64,000 nt of DNA, taken from assembly GCF_006345805.1 (NCBI RefSeq), contig NC_042998.1:153760001-153824000 (forward strand), written 5' to 3'. The number at the start of each line of letters is the position of its first letter. Within the stretch, counting starts at the first letter, position 1. Shown piece after piece: positions 24,060 to 37,782 of this stretch. Position numbers and translations under genes: made by a program. The notes beneath the pieces are model-generated. The model was not told the origin of the DNA. It saw only the letters and a program-made list of their open reading frames with translations, and made no database searches. Source of the DNA: Octopus sinensis. Taxonomy: Eukaryota.

Positions 24060-26245
24060 ATAGGCATGATAAACCATGCCTCCATGATCCCAGAGCATGG
24101 TGGAAAAAATAAAGGATCAAACAGGAATGGGAAAAAAATGGAATGGACTTGGACAGGAAATGGACAACAAGAAAGGAAGCGGTAAGGGAATGGTAGATGA
24201 GGAAATCAGTTGCTGCAGGAAGGTGTTTGCTAATTCACCAAGGGAAGGTGTGTAAGAGGAAAGTAATTCAACACCGTGGGTTGAAAAACCATAAGACGTA
24301 TGGCCAGAACCTCCTGGAAAGAAACCAATAGCGAGAGTCATTCCACAGTTGAATCGGAACAACCAAGAAAAGTGATAGGCATGAGGAAGCCAAAGATAAA
24401 GTGGCCAAAAGCAAATGATGCAGCGAGCTATAAAAAATTCAATGATGAGGTAGCAAGAATGATCACCAAATTCAAAGGAGATGATGAGCAAAAGCTCGAG
24501 AACTTGACTAATATAATCTACCAGGAAGAAGAGAAAAGATTTGGACTTGGAACAACAGGCAATGTAGAATCATCAGCAAAGGGTGGACCATTGAGGAGAG
24601 AAAGACGGATGAGAAAGATACGAGAAGAGAAGAAAAAACTCAGAACCAGATGGAGGAATGCAAAGGAGGAGGAAAGGGAAGGGTTAAAGCATCTATATGA
24701 AGAGATAAAAAAGAGGCATCGAGAACTACTAAGAAAAGAAAGAAGGAAGAACAGAAGAAAGGAGAGAGAAATGAACTATCGTAGCTTTGTAAACAACCCA
24801 TACCAATATGCGAAACGTTTCTTTAGTGAAAGTAAAAGCAGAAGTATGGATTGTACGAAAGAGGAGCTTGAATGCCTCTTAAGTGTCTTTTAAAGAGACA
24901 TACAGTGACTCTGGCAGAAATAAAGTACTCCCAGAAATGCACAGGCTGAAGAAACCACTTGAACCAAGCATAACATTTGATTCGAGTGACATCAGATGAA
25001 AAGAAAAGCCCATCTTATTAGTTTGTCCAACCTCTCTAACATTCCATCTGCTGCTTCTCTACTTTCTGATAATACAGTAACATTATCCATAAAAGCCCTT
25101 AATGGTGTCATTTTTCATAAGAAAAGCAAGAGCAAAAAGTTCACCAGGGAACAACAGAATGAGCTACAAGGTGTATAAGTATTGCCTGAAATTACGTTTG
25201 CAGGTGTTTGCACTGTTAAGAGAAATGTGGAAAAAGAATGATGTAGCGGAGTGATGGTGTATAGCTGAAGGTATCTATTTACCTAAAGAGAAAGATGCAA
25301 AAACACTAGGGCAATTCAGACCCATTTCATTATTAAATACTGATAGGAAAATTATGTTTGGAATTATTGCTAGACGAATCATAAGATTCATACATCATAA
25401 TGGATATGTTAATGAAGCAATCCAAAAAGCAGGTATCCCTGGAATCCCTAGGTGCATAGAACTTGCATTTGCCATCTGAGAAGCTAACACCAGTACAAAA
25501 CAACTGAAGAAAAACCTGTACATTGTATGCTAGATCTTGCCAGTGCATATGGATCTGTTCCACGCGCACTAATTCAAGCAGCTATGGACTTCTTTTGGAT
25601 TCCAGAAGATGTTCAACAAATGCTCATGTGTTACTACAACAACTTGAGGATGAGATTTAGAGCAGGAAAGTTCATAACGGAGTGGCAACGGCTTGAAGTA
25701 GGTATTGCTGCTGGATGCACGATATCAGTGATCCTATTTGTGCTAGTCATGGAGATGTTACTAAGATCAACAAACTGAGAAATCTGTTACAAAGACACCA
25801 TTAAGGGCTTTTATGGATAATGTTACTGTATTATCAGAAAGTAGAGAAGCAGCAGATGGAATGTTAAGAGTGGCTGGATGAGAATGAAATTCAAAGTAAA
25901 AGAATCTCAGAGCATGGCTTTCATGAAAGGAGTGCGAAAAGAAGTGAAATTCAGGACAGCAGGTGAAGATATACCAACAATGAAAGAACAACCAGTAAAA
26001 AGTTTCGGCAGATGGTACAGAGATTTACTAAATGATAAGCTGCAAAGCAAAGAAACACACAATTTAATGGAACAAGGACTAAAGGCAATTGACAGAACAA
26101 CATTACTGGGAAAATTCAAATGTTGGATACTGCAATTTGGACTGTATCCAAGGATAATGTAGCCACTTCAAATGTATGAAATAGCCTTGAGTAGAGTAGA
26201 AAGGATGGAACAAAGATGCAGTGTCTTTATCAGAAAATGGCTCCA
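24060..26245 (+). mobile_element. HERO-like (R2-group) non-LTR retrotransposon remnant, truncated before the endonuclease
   Basis: IKWPKAND...KF; RT motifs LDLASAYGSVP, WQRLEVGIAAGCTISVILF, AFMDN; FIRKWL. The clade assignment is from recalled motifs. Confidence 0.7.
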
Positions 26246-28251
26246 ATCATGAATCAAAACAAACTGACTATTTAGTTTTGTTTATCCCAAAATAATATGA
26301 AAATGGGACTCATCACTATGCAAAATATATAAATGAAAGAAAAAGAATTGGATAAAATTGCTGCATTTTTACTAAAAATGTATGATGAGCATTTAGCTGC
26401 ATTATTTATTATCTAACGACAAATTTAATATGTTAATATTTAAACAAGATTTAAACAACTCTTCAAATTTCAGATGCTACCTCTACTTAGCTTAATTACA
26501 GTAGTTATTAGAGAAATTACATGATCAATTTATAGAAGAGCATTTACTGTGTTCAAAATATCAACTTAATACTTTAAAAAATAAGAAAAGTTATGGATGT
26601 TTTATGAAACCAAATACACAATTATTTTAGAATTTAACTTGAATCACATAGAGAGTGTACTTTAGTTAGAAATATAGTAATGAAAGGGTTAAATGTTAAA
26701 TAAATTATCAATAAGAATTTATTATTCTAAAGTACAACACAAATGAGAATACAGGAATGAAGCAGAGAATACAATGGAAATTAAACACTATCTGTTGCTA
26801 TTAAAAAGCCAGGCATGTTCCCATGTCATACAGTTAATTACTATATCAATAACAGAAACATATAAACCTAGATTCCACTAATACAGAATAAAGAATAGCT
26901 GATCAGAAATAAAAACATCTATATTCAGCTGATTGGAAAAAACAATATAGTGTAACAGAGAATATTCATTGGCTCTCTGAAGTTTACACACTGCAGAACA
27001 ATAGGAGCTTGGAGCTCTTCATTTCTGCTTTCAATGCCTACACTCATGCAACTGCTTTGGAGTTTTGTAGAATAACTTTTGCAATTATGAGTTATAATAA
27101 CAATATTGCTTTCATCAATTTCAAAGTAAACAACACAAAATTCTCATGGCACCAGTCTTTTTGCTTATCAGTTAACCTTATAAACATACTATATATGCTC
27201 AACACTGACAACATAGTTTTGCTAATTTGAAATATGGTTGATTATTAAGAACTTGAAATCTTACAATCAAAAAGTATTAATTCATGTCTTTATTCACCTC
27301 AATCTACTTGAGTGGCTAGCATCCATATGTCATCCATTAACAATCTACATAATATCCAAATTTTCAGGACTTTATTACCCATACAAGCATGAAAAATCAA
27401 AAGAAAAACCCGAAGGGAAAAAATTGTTATCTATTTACTAATTATAACAATTGATAAAATCTTGAGGCATAATTTGTATTTTATAAGAAAATAGAGAAGT
27501 AAAATGGCCTGGTGAAATAAGGTTTCCAGTACACATTTTGTGAATTTAAATCCTGTCACTATGTCCAATTGTGTCTCTTTCAGATGCATTTCATTTAATC
27601 ACTAAGTATACTTATTATGAGAATAGATGCTAGATCTTTATTAAAAGGCTGCATGCAAGAGTGGCCAATAGGCACAGGAGTGGCTGTGTGATGAGAAGCT
27701 TGCTTCCCAACCACATGGTTCCTGGTTCAGTCCCACTGCATGGCATCTTGGGGAGTGTCTACTATAGCCTTGGGCAGACCAAAGCCTTGTGAGTGGATTT
27801 GGTAGACGGAAACTGAAAGAAACCCGGTGTATGTATGTATATAGATATATATTTATTTGTGTGCGTGTCAGTGTTTGTCCCCCCCACCATCACCTGACAA
27901 CCAATGCTGGTATGTTTATGTCCCCGTAACTTAGTGGTTCAGGGAAAGAGACCAACAGAATAAGTACTAGGCTTACAAAGAATAAATCCTGGGGTCGATT
28001 TGTTCAACTAAAGGCAGTGCTCCAGCATGGTTGCAGTCAAATGACTGAAACAAGTAAAAGAATATCATATCTGAGAAGAGATTGTTTCCATCTAAGTTAT
28101 GCTAAAGACAGTAAAGTTAATCTTAAATGTTATCCTTCCTGAAAGTATTATTTTCTATTTTTTATGACAAAATGGTTTAGAAAGTTACAAACAGAATTTG
28201 CAAATACATTGCGAGATTTTAATAAATATATGCAACATACTATGATCTCAC

Positions 28252-28380
28252 CTGAAATACATTAGGAAGTAAATGAGAATAATATTCTCTTTGATGTTTA
28301 TTTGTAACTTCCAGCTGGGCAGCATAATCATTCTTACACTCTTCTGAAATCTGTGTCTTCGATATTGATAAATTTTTTTG
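28252..28380 (-). CDS. FNBP1L: F-BAR gene exon: QKNLSISKTQISEECKNDYAAQLEVTNKHQREYYSHLLPNVFQ
   Basis: 129 nt, ttttctAG / GTGAGA. Equivalent to ...[31 protein letters not shown]. Confidence 0.93.
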
Positions 28381-28596
28381 CTAGAAAATCAAAGTTAAGA
28401 TAAAAATACATATACAATGATATCTTAACAAGCAACAAAATATCAAATCAAAATTATTTTTACTTAAAACAATTAAAAACACACTATTAAAGTCATTTAA
28501 GTATTGGATAAATATATTATTTTGTGAGTTTAAATTTACAACAAACATTTCACGTCATTGTTTATGAACAGAACACACAACTCTTAGTTCATTTAA

Positions 28597-28818
28597 CCCT
28601 TTTGATACTAACCCACCTGAAACCGCCTCTAGCTCTATAGTACAAATGTCTTGTTTTGGATAGTTCTGAATTAAAATTTTCCATCAAACCTTAGTCACAA
28701 TTCATGTTCCGAACACTAGCTTAATGATAACTAGGTTACTTTACTAAATTCTTTCTTATACTTAAAATTAATTGAAAGAAACACAGAGCATCACAACAGA
28801 AATATGGTAACAAAAGGG
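28597..28818. mobile_element. piggyBac-type MITE
   Basis: TTAA|CCCTTTTG ... CAAAAGGG|TTGA termini. Confidence 0.75.
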
Positions 28819-29129
28819 TTGAATGTTGGGAATGTGTATGGTCCTCTGAGAACACTATTAGACTTCGTACTATCCTGAGAGTGGAATGCCACACTTGAAA
28901 ATCATGTAGAAGCTTGATCTACAAGAACACTAGGGACTGTCTTTGAGTCACCAATATCATAAGGCTTTTCTTTTCATGTTGACTATATTACATTAACATT
29001 TAACAACTTCCTATTCATTATTCAGAAAAGTATATAGGATATATACATATATAGGCATAAATGTGGGGTGAATTTGCTTTCCAACCACATGGTTCTAGTT
29101 TCAGTCTCACTGCATGACACTTGGGATTA

Positions 29130-30277
29130 TCTTTATATATATATAAAACTGAGAATGTGTGTCTGTCTGTGTGTTTCCCTAAAACTTGAGAACTACACAA
29201 CCAATTCCATTCAAATTTTACACATGCCTTACTTAGGGTCCGGGGAATGTCATCGGCAAAAGAAGTTTTGAACTTTTTGCCTAGGGCGAGCCCACAGCAA
29301 TATCATATCTTCTCCACTACGATTCCCTAAAACTTGAGAACTACACAACCAGTTCCATTCAAATTTTACAAAAGCCTTACTTAGGGTCCATGTAGTTTCA
29401 TGGGCAAAAAAAAAAATGTTCAACTTCTTGCCTAGCAATATCATATCTTCTCCACTATTTCAGTATTACATATTAAAAGTGAAACAAAAACGTTTCTCTA
29501 TTTTATGTCAGATACTTTCACTTTAACAATAAAAATAATAATAATAACAATTGAATTATATGTAGTAAGTAATAATTAAAATCAAACTAAAGTAACATAA
29601 CAAAAGTAAAAATAGCAATTGGTATAAAATTGCATCAATGACTTGAACAAGTGGTTTCACATGAATGGGAATAAATTAAAAATAAAATTAGCATGCAGAA
29701 ATGGAATAGTCCAGATGGATAATAAAAAATTAAATTAAAGAAAAGACTATTGTCTATAAAGTATACAATGTAGAGAAAAAAGAAGATTTGAACACATGGA
29801 GGAAAGCACCTTCGAAAAGTGTCTTGGTGCAACTATGAAAGGTATCTAATCAAAGGCGGTAAATTCGCCACAATAGAAGCAAGGTTCGAGTCAACGGAGC
29901 GTGCAAGGGAGTACTCGACTCGAACTTGCAAAGTGGAAATATTTTATTTTTACCTTTATATCTGGGACGTAGGATGTCCTGGAAAAAAAATTTTAATGCC
30001 CCCCCCCCTTCCCGAAGTAGAGGTAGGCTGGATTGTAGCCACACTTCTATACAAGAGGGAGGACAAGATACAATTGATCGAAATTACAAGAGACAGGCTA
30101 ACAATTCCAGTCTGTTATATATTTTGAGTATTGTTATCTCTAGCGATATCAAGATATAATTTTGTATTTTATGTGTAGATGTATATATATAGATGTACAT
30201 GTAATATGTACACATATATATACACATATATACATGCACTAGCACTATGACCCGGCAACGACGGGTCTTAATGCTAG
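29130..30277 (+). mobile_element. Non-autonomous Helitron inserted into a SINE
   Basis: A|TC 5' end; GACCCG-GCAACGA-CGGGTC hairpin at 30249-30267; CTAG|T 3' end; interrupted SINE resumes at about 30341. Confidence 0.8.
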
Positions 30278-30337
<60 letters not shown>

Positions 30338-31904
30338 TAATCTTGAGCTGACCAAAACCTTGAGAGTGGATTTGGTAGGCAGAAGCTGAGAGAAACCTGC
30401 TGTGCATACATGCGTGTGTGTGTGTGACTTCTTATCTTGACATTATGTAATAGTTGTAAAGTGAGTGGTACTATCAAACAAGTAGTTTCATTTATTTCCA
30501 ACATTCTGAGAACATGTCTGATCATGGGGAAGTATTTACTTTGCTTGGAAACAAATGAGAGCTGGTGGCAGAAAGTGCATTCAGCCATAGATAATTTGCC
30601 TCAATAAACTCTGTTCAACCTACATCTGTATGGAAAAGTGGTCATTAAAATGAGGATGAATATATACAGGATAAGCAGATGGTGGTAAATATTAAATCTT
30701 TCTTTGGTAAAGAATATACCACCCAATATAGGTTTACTGACTAGAAACTCTACAACAAGAGCTAGACAAAAGATATTCTGGAGAATGACGGCATGGAAAC
30801 TGAAACATCCTTCTCCTAAATATATGTTCAGAGCTATTCCACATGAAAAAGAAGGGGAAACAAAAATCTATAACTGGGAGATTTTATGATGCAGCCTATT
30901 GAAAGCTAGACCAGAACTGTAACTGGAGCAATGTACCAATCAAATGTAAGCTAGCATGATAGTGGTGGAATTCCTTTATCTTTCATTGCTCTATTGACAG
31001 AGGAATGAAAGACAAAAGAAGGCATGGTGAGACTGGAAAGAAAGGGCTAGCAAACAACTACATCATGTAGCAAAGAGAGAAGCAATCAACAAGTGAAGGT
31101 AAGTAGTTAGCCATTGTTCTGTGAAAAGAAAATGCATGAGTTGTCCCAGATTGTAAATCAGGGTAAATCAAAACATTGTTGGGAAAAAGTGGTTTCAAAT
31201 TGATAGTGGTGCATTATCCTCGATAATGAGGAGAAAAGGCTTAGAAATGTTATTACAAAAGGATGTTAACAGTGGAAAATGTGTAGGAAGAAAAGGAACT
31301 ACTTCAATTATGCATAACAAAGGGACTAGCTACTGAAATAGATCATTATATGGTTAAAATAGCTGTTAACTCTTTCATTGTTAACTGCCTGAGAATATTT
31401 TTAGCTTGCTACCAACCTGCCCAAGACTGCCTACATAACTTATTCATATTTAAATGAGAATTTCAGTGCAGATCTCACTAGTACGTTTATGAAAACATGT
31501 GATTTAACTATGTAAACACTTGAGTTTAGTGTTTGGTATGAATTTTTGGAGATTTTTTTCTCCCACATTATAACAAATCAATTTTCTGCAATTTTTTTAC
31601 TACTAACAAAAGAATGGATATTAGTTTCATGTTCTCAAGCAGAAATCTGAATTGGAAGGATTTTCAAAAGATGACATGGAGAAATCTAACAAAATATACA
31701 AAAAGCATAGAAGCCATGTGTGTGAATTAGATGTTTTGATTTCACAACAACTGTGATAATGATAAAGGAAACAAATTTTTATTTGAATGAAGTAAGAATT
31801 TGAAAACTTTTTCTCTTACTGATTTTTCAGGAAAGACTGGACCTAGCCATAGTCTTTCCAACAAAATGAAACAATTAAGACTTTTTAAAAATTTTTTCCT
31901 CTTA

Positions 31905-32390
31905 GATCAAGGAGTCATTTCATCATTTAAATCTTACTATCCCTGTTTCACCTTTGAAAGACTCATTGAAGTGACCGATAAAGAAAATGGTCCCATGATT
32001 CAAGAATTTTGCATCCTTGATGCAATAAAATTGATAAAGAAAACATAGGATAAAATCGCCATAAAGAACATGAGACGAATTTGGAAAATCTCTGCCCCAA
32101 ATTAATTTTGAAGGATTTTAAGGTCTTCAAAATTTCACCTGACAGCAATGAAGAATTGCTAGAAATGGAAATGTTTGAATGTGAAGAATATGAAGAAGGA
32201 GGAGGAGGAGGAGGAAGAAATACCTGAAAGATGCTTCTCTGCAAAAAAAAAAAAAAAGCTAAATGAAGCTATTCTTCACATTGAAAAATTAATAATACTA
32301 AAAATTAATATAAGCAGCTAGGTACAATGTAATACCGTAAAGGAAAAATTCAATCATCACTAAGTGATAATATCCAAACCCCACATCATA
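31905..32390 (+). mobile_element. Inverted duplicate of the Tigger transposase 3' part
   Basis: Reverse complement of 32871-33426 apart from small deletions; DQGVISSFKSYY motif. Confidence 0.9.
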
Positions 32391-32559
32391 TTTCAAACAA
32401 TAACTGCAGAACATAAAAGGGGAAAGAGCTTGTTCCCTCACATGCCTGGAAGAAATACAAGCATTTCTTTTGTTTGTATTACAAACTACTACAATAATAA
32501 TGAACCTTTTGGAGACCAGTATGTTTCCATGACAAAAACATGATATTAATGCAGTATTT

Positions 32560-32860
32560 ACATATAAGAGACACTAACAGAACACCAGTACATAGAGAAA
32601 CAAAGTTTGATCCCTTATTTAGAATAAGACCCTCACTAATTGTGTTCAAAAGTCATGTAAAACCTTCTACAAACCTGGGTGACACTTATTCATTAGTGAA
32701 GGTATGGTAGGTTGTAAAGGTTCAGTATGTTTCCAACAATACATGCCAGAAAACCCCACAAAATGGGGATGAAAATCTAAAAGATTTGTGAGATGAATAC
32801 TGGGTACTGTTGCAGGTTTATTAGTTGTAGAGGCAAACAAGACATTAGTGTAAGCTGGCA
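32560..32860 (+). mobile_element. piggyBac transposase fragment
   Basis: ISEGMVGCKGSVCFQQYMPENPTKWG. Confidence 0.75.
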
Positions 32861-32870
32861 TGGCCTAAGG

Positions 32871-35039
32871 TATGATGTGGGGTTTGGATATTATCACTTA
32901 GTGATGATTAAATTTTTCCTTTACGGTATTACATTGTACCTAGCTGCTTATATTAATTTTTAGTATCATTAATTTTTCAATGTGAAGAATAGCTTCATTT
33001 AGCGTTTTTTTTTTTTTTTTTTGAAGAGAAGCATCTTTCAGGTGTTTCTTCCTTCTCCTCCTCCTCCTTCTTCTTCTTCTTCACATTCAAACATTTCCAT
33101 TTCTAGCAATTCTTCATTTATAATTTCATTGCTGTCAGGTGAAATTTCGAAGTTCGATTCCTTTGCAATGTTTATGATCACATCAGTTTCTTTTTGAAGA
33201 CCTTAAAATCCTTCAAAATAGTCAATTAATTTGGGGCAGAGATTTTCCAAATTCGTCTCATGTTTTTTATGGCGATTTTATCCCATGTTTTCTTTATCAA
33301 TTTTATTGCATCAAGGATGCAAAATTCTTGAATCATGGGACCATTTTCTTTATCGGTCACTTCAATGAGTCTTTCAAAGGTGAAACAGAGATAGTAAGAT
33401 TTAAATGATGAAATGACTCCTTGATCCATAAGCTGCAATAAAAATGTTGTATTGGGAGGTAAAAAAACAACATTAATATTTTGATGATGATGCTTTAAAA
33501 ATGGAGCACGACTGGGGGCATTATCCATTATCAAAAGAATCTTGAAAGGAATTTTTTTATCCTTACAATATTATTCTACTTCGGGAACAAAGTGATTAGA
33601 AAACCACCTGTTACCCAAGCTTTTTAGTTATGCTTCCAGATTACAGCAAGTTTCACCATATCAATTCCTTTTAAAGCACATGTATCTTCAGATCAATAAA
33701 TAAGCATGGGCTTGAGTTTGCAGTCTCTTCACAATTTCCTCCCAGAAGTAATGTTATCCTATCTTTTGCAGCTATGAATCCTGGCATTGAAGATTCTTTT
33801 CTTGCAATAAAAGTCCTTAAAGGTATTCATTTCCAAAATAGGCCTGTCTCATCCACATTAAATATTTGAGACAGTATAAAGCCTTCTTCTTCAATCAAAT
33901 CTTCTAATTGGTGAGGAAAAGCTTCTGCAGCTTTTTGATCTGTGCTACATGATTCTTCATGGATCTTCACATTGTGTAGACTTACTCTTTTACTTGTTTC
34001 AGTCATTTGACTGCAGCCATGCTGGAGCACTGCCTTTAGTCAAGGATATCGACCCCAGGACTTATTCTTTGTAAGCCTAGTACTTATTCTATCGGTCTCT
34101 TTTGCTGATCTGCTAAGTTACAGGGATTTAAACACACCAGCATCGGTTGTCAAGCGATGTTGGGGGGACAAACACAGACACACATACATATATTCTTTCA
34201 GTTTTCGTCTACCAAATCCACCCACAAGGCTTTGGTTGGCCCGAGGCTGTAGTAGAAGACACTTGTCCAAGGTACCACGCAGTGGGACTGAACCTAGAAC
34301 CATGTGGTTGGTAAGCAAGCTACTTACCACACAGCCACTCCTTTTTTGCTCATTTTTTGAAACGATTGAACCAACCATTGCTCACTACAATGATCCATTT
34401 GATTTATCCTTAAGCGAGTTAAAAAGGGAAATTGCTTTAATGCAAATTATAGCCTGACTAAGTGGCATATGAAGTCTATGAATTTGATCGTTAATCCAAG
34501 CTGTCATAAGATTTTCTGTGCGTGACATTAAACTATCATTATCTTTTCTTCATAACCAAGTTGAATTTAGAGGGCTTCCTTTAATTTTATTTAAACAATC
34601 TTCCTTTTGCTTCAAGATGGTACAAACAGATGAAGGAGCCATATCAAATTTTTTTGGTAAATCTTTAACGGTTGCACCTTTTTTGTATTGTTTAATCAAT
34701 TCGTATTTTATTTCTAACAATTCTTCTTATCCTTGCTTTGCATCTCAATTCTTTCTTTTTGAAGTCATCACAAGGGTATTCAAAAAAATAAAGATGCATA
34801 AAAAATTGAAAAAAAAAGATGAATGGAATGTAGGAAGATGAAATGCGGGCTAGCATGAAGGAAGTCAGGCAGGCACTGACATACTTCAAATCAAAAAAGC
34901 AGTTACAGGTGATTGTTCAAGGTGCTGGAAAACCAGAAGTGATGCTTGTTGCCATGGCAACCAATTTTTCCATTTTTCATCTACAATTTGTAAAGGTGAG
35001 GTTTCATAAATTGGGGTTACGTAAAACAAGGTATGCCTG
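32871..35039 (-). mobile_element. Tigger/pogo transposon, decayed, interrupted by a SINE
   Basis: 5' TIR TA|CAGGCATACCT; CENP-B-like HTH region; IFNVDETGLFWK, MDNAP and LPPNTT...MDQGVI motifs. Confidence 0.92.
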
Positions 35040-35042
35040 TAC

Positions 35043-35083
<41 letters not shown>

Positions 35084-35915
35084 ATATATATGTATATTAT
35101 ATAAACAATAAATCAAATAGAGAGATACAATTGACAATCCAATAATTTATTTATATTATAATATAACATAATATACTATGAATATAATTTAACATTAAAA
35201 AACCAAAATAGTCAACAATTTGTTTCGACTTGTATACATTTTCAACTACATAGCAATTACAATTAAAAAACAACAAAATTATAACGGACAACTATTGAAA
35301 TATATTTCTATATATCTCAAATAATATTAATCCAAATTCGTTTAGGTCAAAGACAATCTTTCGCTATTATAATAGCTGTGGAAACATATATGTGTGGTAG
35401 TGATTGCAAGTAGAAAAGGATATAAAAAGCAAAATTCTTAAAAATGCAGTGAAATAATCAAGAAAATTTGCAAGCAACTACAAATAGAAATAAGAGGCAA
35501 ATCTAGTTTTTATCAACTTTTACACAAGCACACATGGATGAAAATAGTATTCCATTTGTGAACCATGAATATACCAGGTACATGGGTGATGTAGGCCACC
35601 TGAATCAAATGACATGTTATTACCTGGTTGGCAGACTGGGTAATAAATGGTGGCAATACCTGGTATGATATATAGTAAATATGAGTATTGTTCATACGTT
35701 TATACTGTATATCAAATCAGGAGGTGCACAAAAGCAATGCACCCATCTGCAGTTCTGAGATGTAACATCAAAATCAAGACAGATTATTCTTTGAAAAATA
35801 ATAAGTGCAGGAAGAAAAGCTAAAGCTTGCAAGTGGGTAGCTATCTGAATTCAGCCAATCTTCAACATGAAAAATGATGGTTGCAAAAAAAAAAAAAAAA
35901 GTGTCAAAATGATTA

Positions 35916-36078
35916 CCATATTTTAATGTGTATAAGGAACCCTTTTTTGTAAAAAATTAGGTTAAAAAAAATATGGGAGTTTCTTATACATGGATAGTAT
36001 TTTAATCCCTTAGAAAACCCTTTTCCCAAATTTTAAGCCCCCAAAATTAGGAGGTTCCTTATACACGTTAAAATATGG
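35916..36078. mobile_element. Tc1/pogo-type MITE
   Basis: TIRs of ~26 bp (CCATATTTTAA.GTGTATAAGGAACC), TA on both sides. Confidence 0.85.
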
Positions 36079-37782
36079 TACATAAGAAAAGTGGAGAGTC
36101 AACTGTAATGGCTTTTCAATGTGCATTCTGAAAAGTTGCATTATGTAGAGTTGGGTACTTTATAAATTTCCATAATAGGAATCTTGTATGACGTATATAC
36201 ATATAATTTGATTTTATAAATACATTTTTTCTCAAATTTACCTTCTTAATTTTATATACCTGGAAGATGAATGACAAATTTTAACTGATTTGTATTGTGA
36301 ATCATTATTGTATGTATTTATGTGAGAGTTTATTTCATTTAGTTGACGGTGTGTTTATTTCATTTTGTAATTTTTTTTCAAAGTTATAGTCCAGTATTTT
36401 GTTCTATTTTACCTTTATGGTACACCTGTCTCATATGCATATAAATTCAAATAATGATCCACTAATATGAACAATTCTTCTACAGTAAAATTCTGTTGTA
36501 TAACCCAATTAAATAATCCTTCCATTACTATATTTCTAACTTAATAGTTTCGATTAAATTCTAAGATGATTGTGAATTTAGACTGGTTTCATAAAACATA
36601 ATTTTCATTACACAATTTAACAAAAGGTTCTTATACACATGTCTCATAATAATTTTTGTCTGAAAGCATATGTAATTACTGCTAAATACAGGTAAATTCA
36701 ACAAAATATGTTATTTCAATTTTGTTTGAATATCAGCATAGAAAATTAATTATTAGCTAATATTCAATGAATATACAACAAAATTGTAAGAGAAGAGTTG
36801 TGCAAATGACAGTTGCACTCAATGCACATAAGGTAAAACAAAGAAATAGGTATACCATAAAGTAAAAACAATGGAAAATTGACATTTGTCTTTGAAGAAA
36901 ACTAAGAAATGAAATATACGTTGCCAACTAAATGAAACAAATTCACACATACATGAATACACAAAAAACACATAATAATGATTTACAATCTGAATTAATC
37001 AAAATTTATTGTGTATCTTACAGATAAATGAAAATAAAAACGAAGTAAATTTGAAAAAAAAAGAAAACCAAATTTACTCACACACACACACACTCCTAAA
37101 AAGGCTTGGATTTTTAACCTACTTCCAAACTTGTTTATGTTATATATAATGATTTGTTTCTGCAGTAATTGCTCCAACGGAAAAGGTAAAAAATAATTTA
37201 ATAATTTTGTTTCCTTGGAAAGGCTACGTCTAATAACTTTGAAAAATAACAAAGAAAACAGTTTTTAAATTCTTACAGTTTTTAAATTCAGGTACAAATT
37301 CATATATTTTTTTTTAATCACTATTGGAACTCTTGCCAGAATAGTCTCACAATCACACATATGGTTTTTATGTTTGCCATATATTTGCTTAGATTTTCTA
37401 TGTCTTTAGAAAATACTTAAAATTCAAACAGCATGAAACTGGTATCCATTTTTCATCCACAGTAAAACATTTAAAAAAAATTTAAGTGGAAAAAAATCTC
37501 CAAAATTTAGCAGCACTCAAATATCATGTAAAATAAGGTCAGTTGTTTACATAGTGAAATCATGTGTTTCCACAAATGTACTTAAGAGATTTGTGTTGTA
37601 ATTCTCATTTAAATATGACTAGGTTATTTTGGCCATTTTTGGGCAGGTTGCTAACACAAGGATTAAGGATACCACGTACTGATGAATAGCTTCTAAAGTG
37701 TGGTGCAATCCATGCACAAAGGTACAGCCTGCAAATTTGAAAGTTGGAAATGAGTTCAGTCATTTATTTTGCAAGGCTTTAA

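Noticed and set aside
24300-24893. 197-aa K/R/E-rich ORF as a host gene
   Set aside because: Continuous with downstream RT motifs; it is the pre-RT part of the HERO-like retrotransposon.
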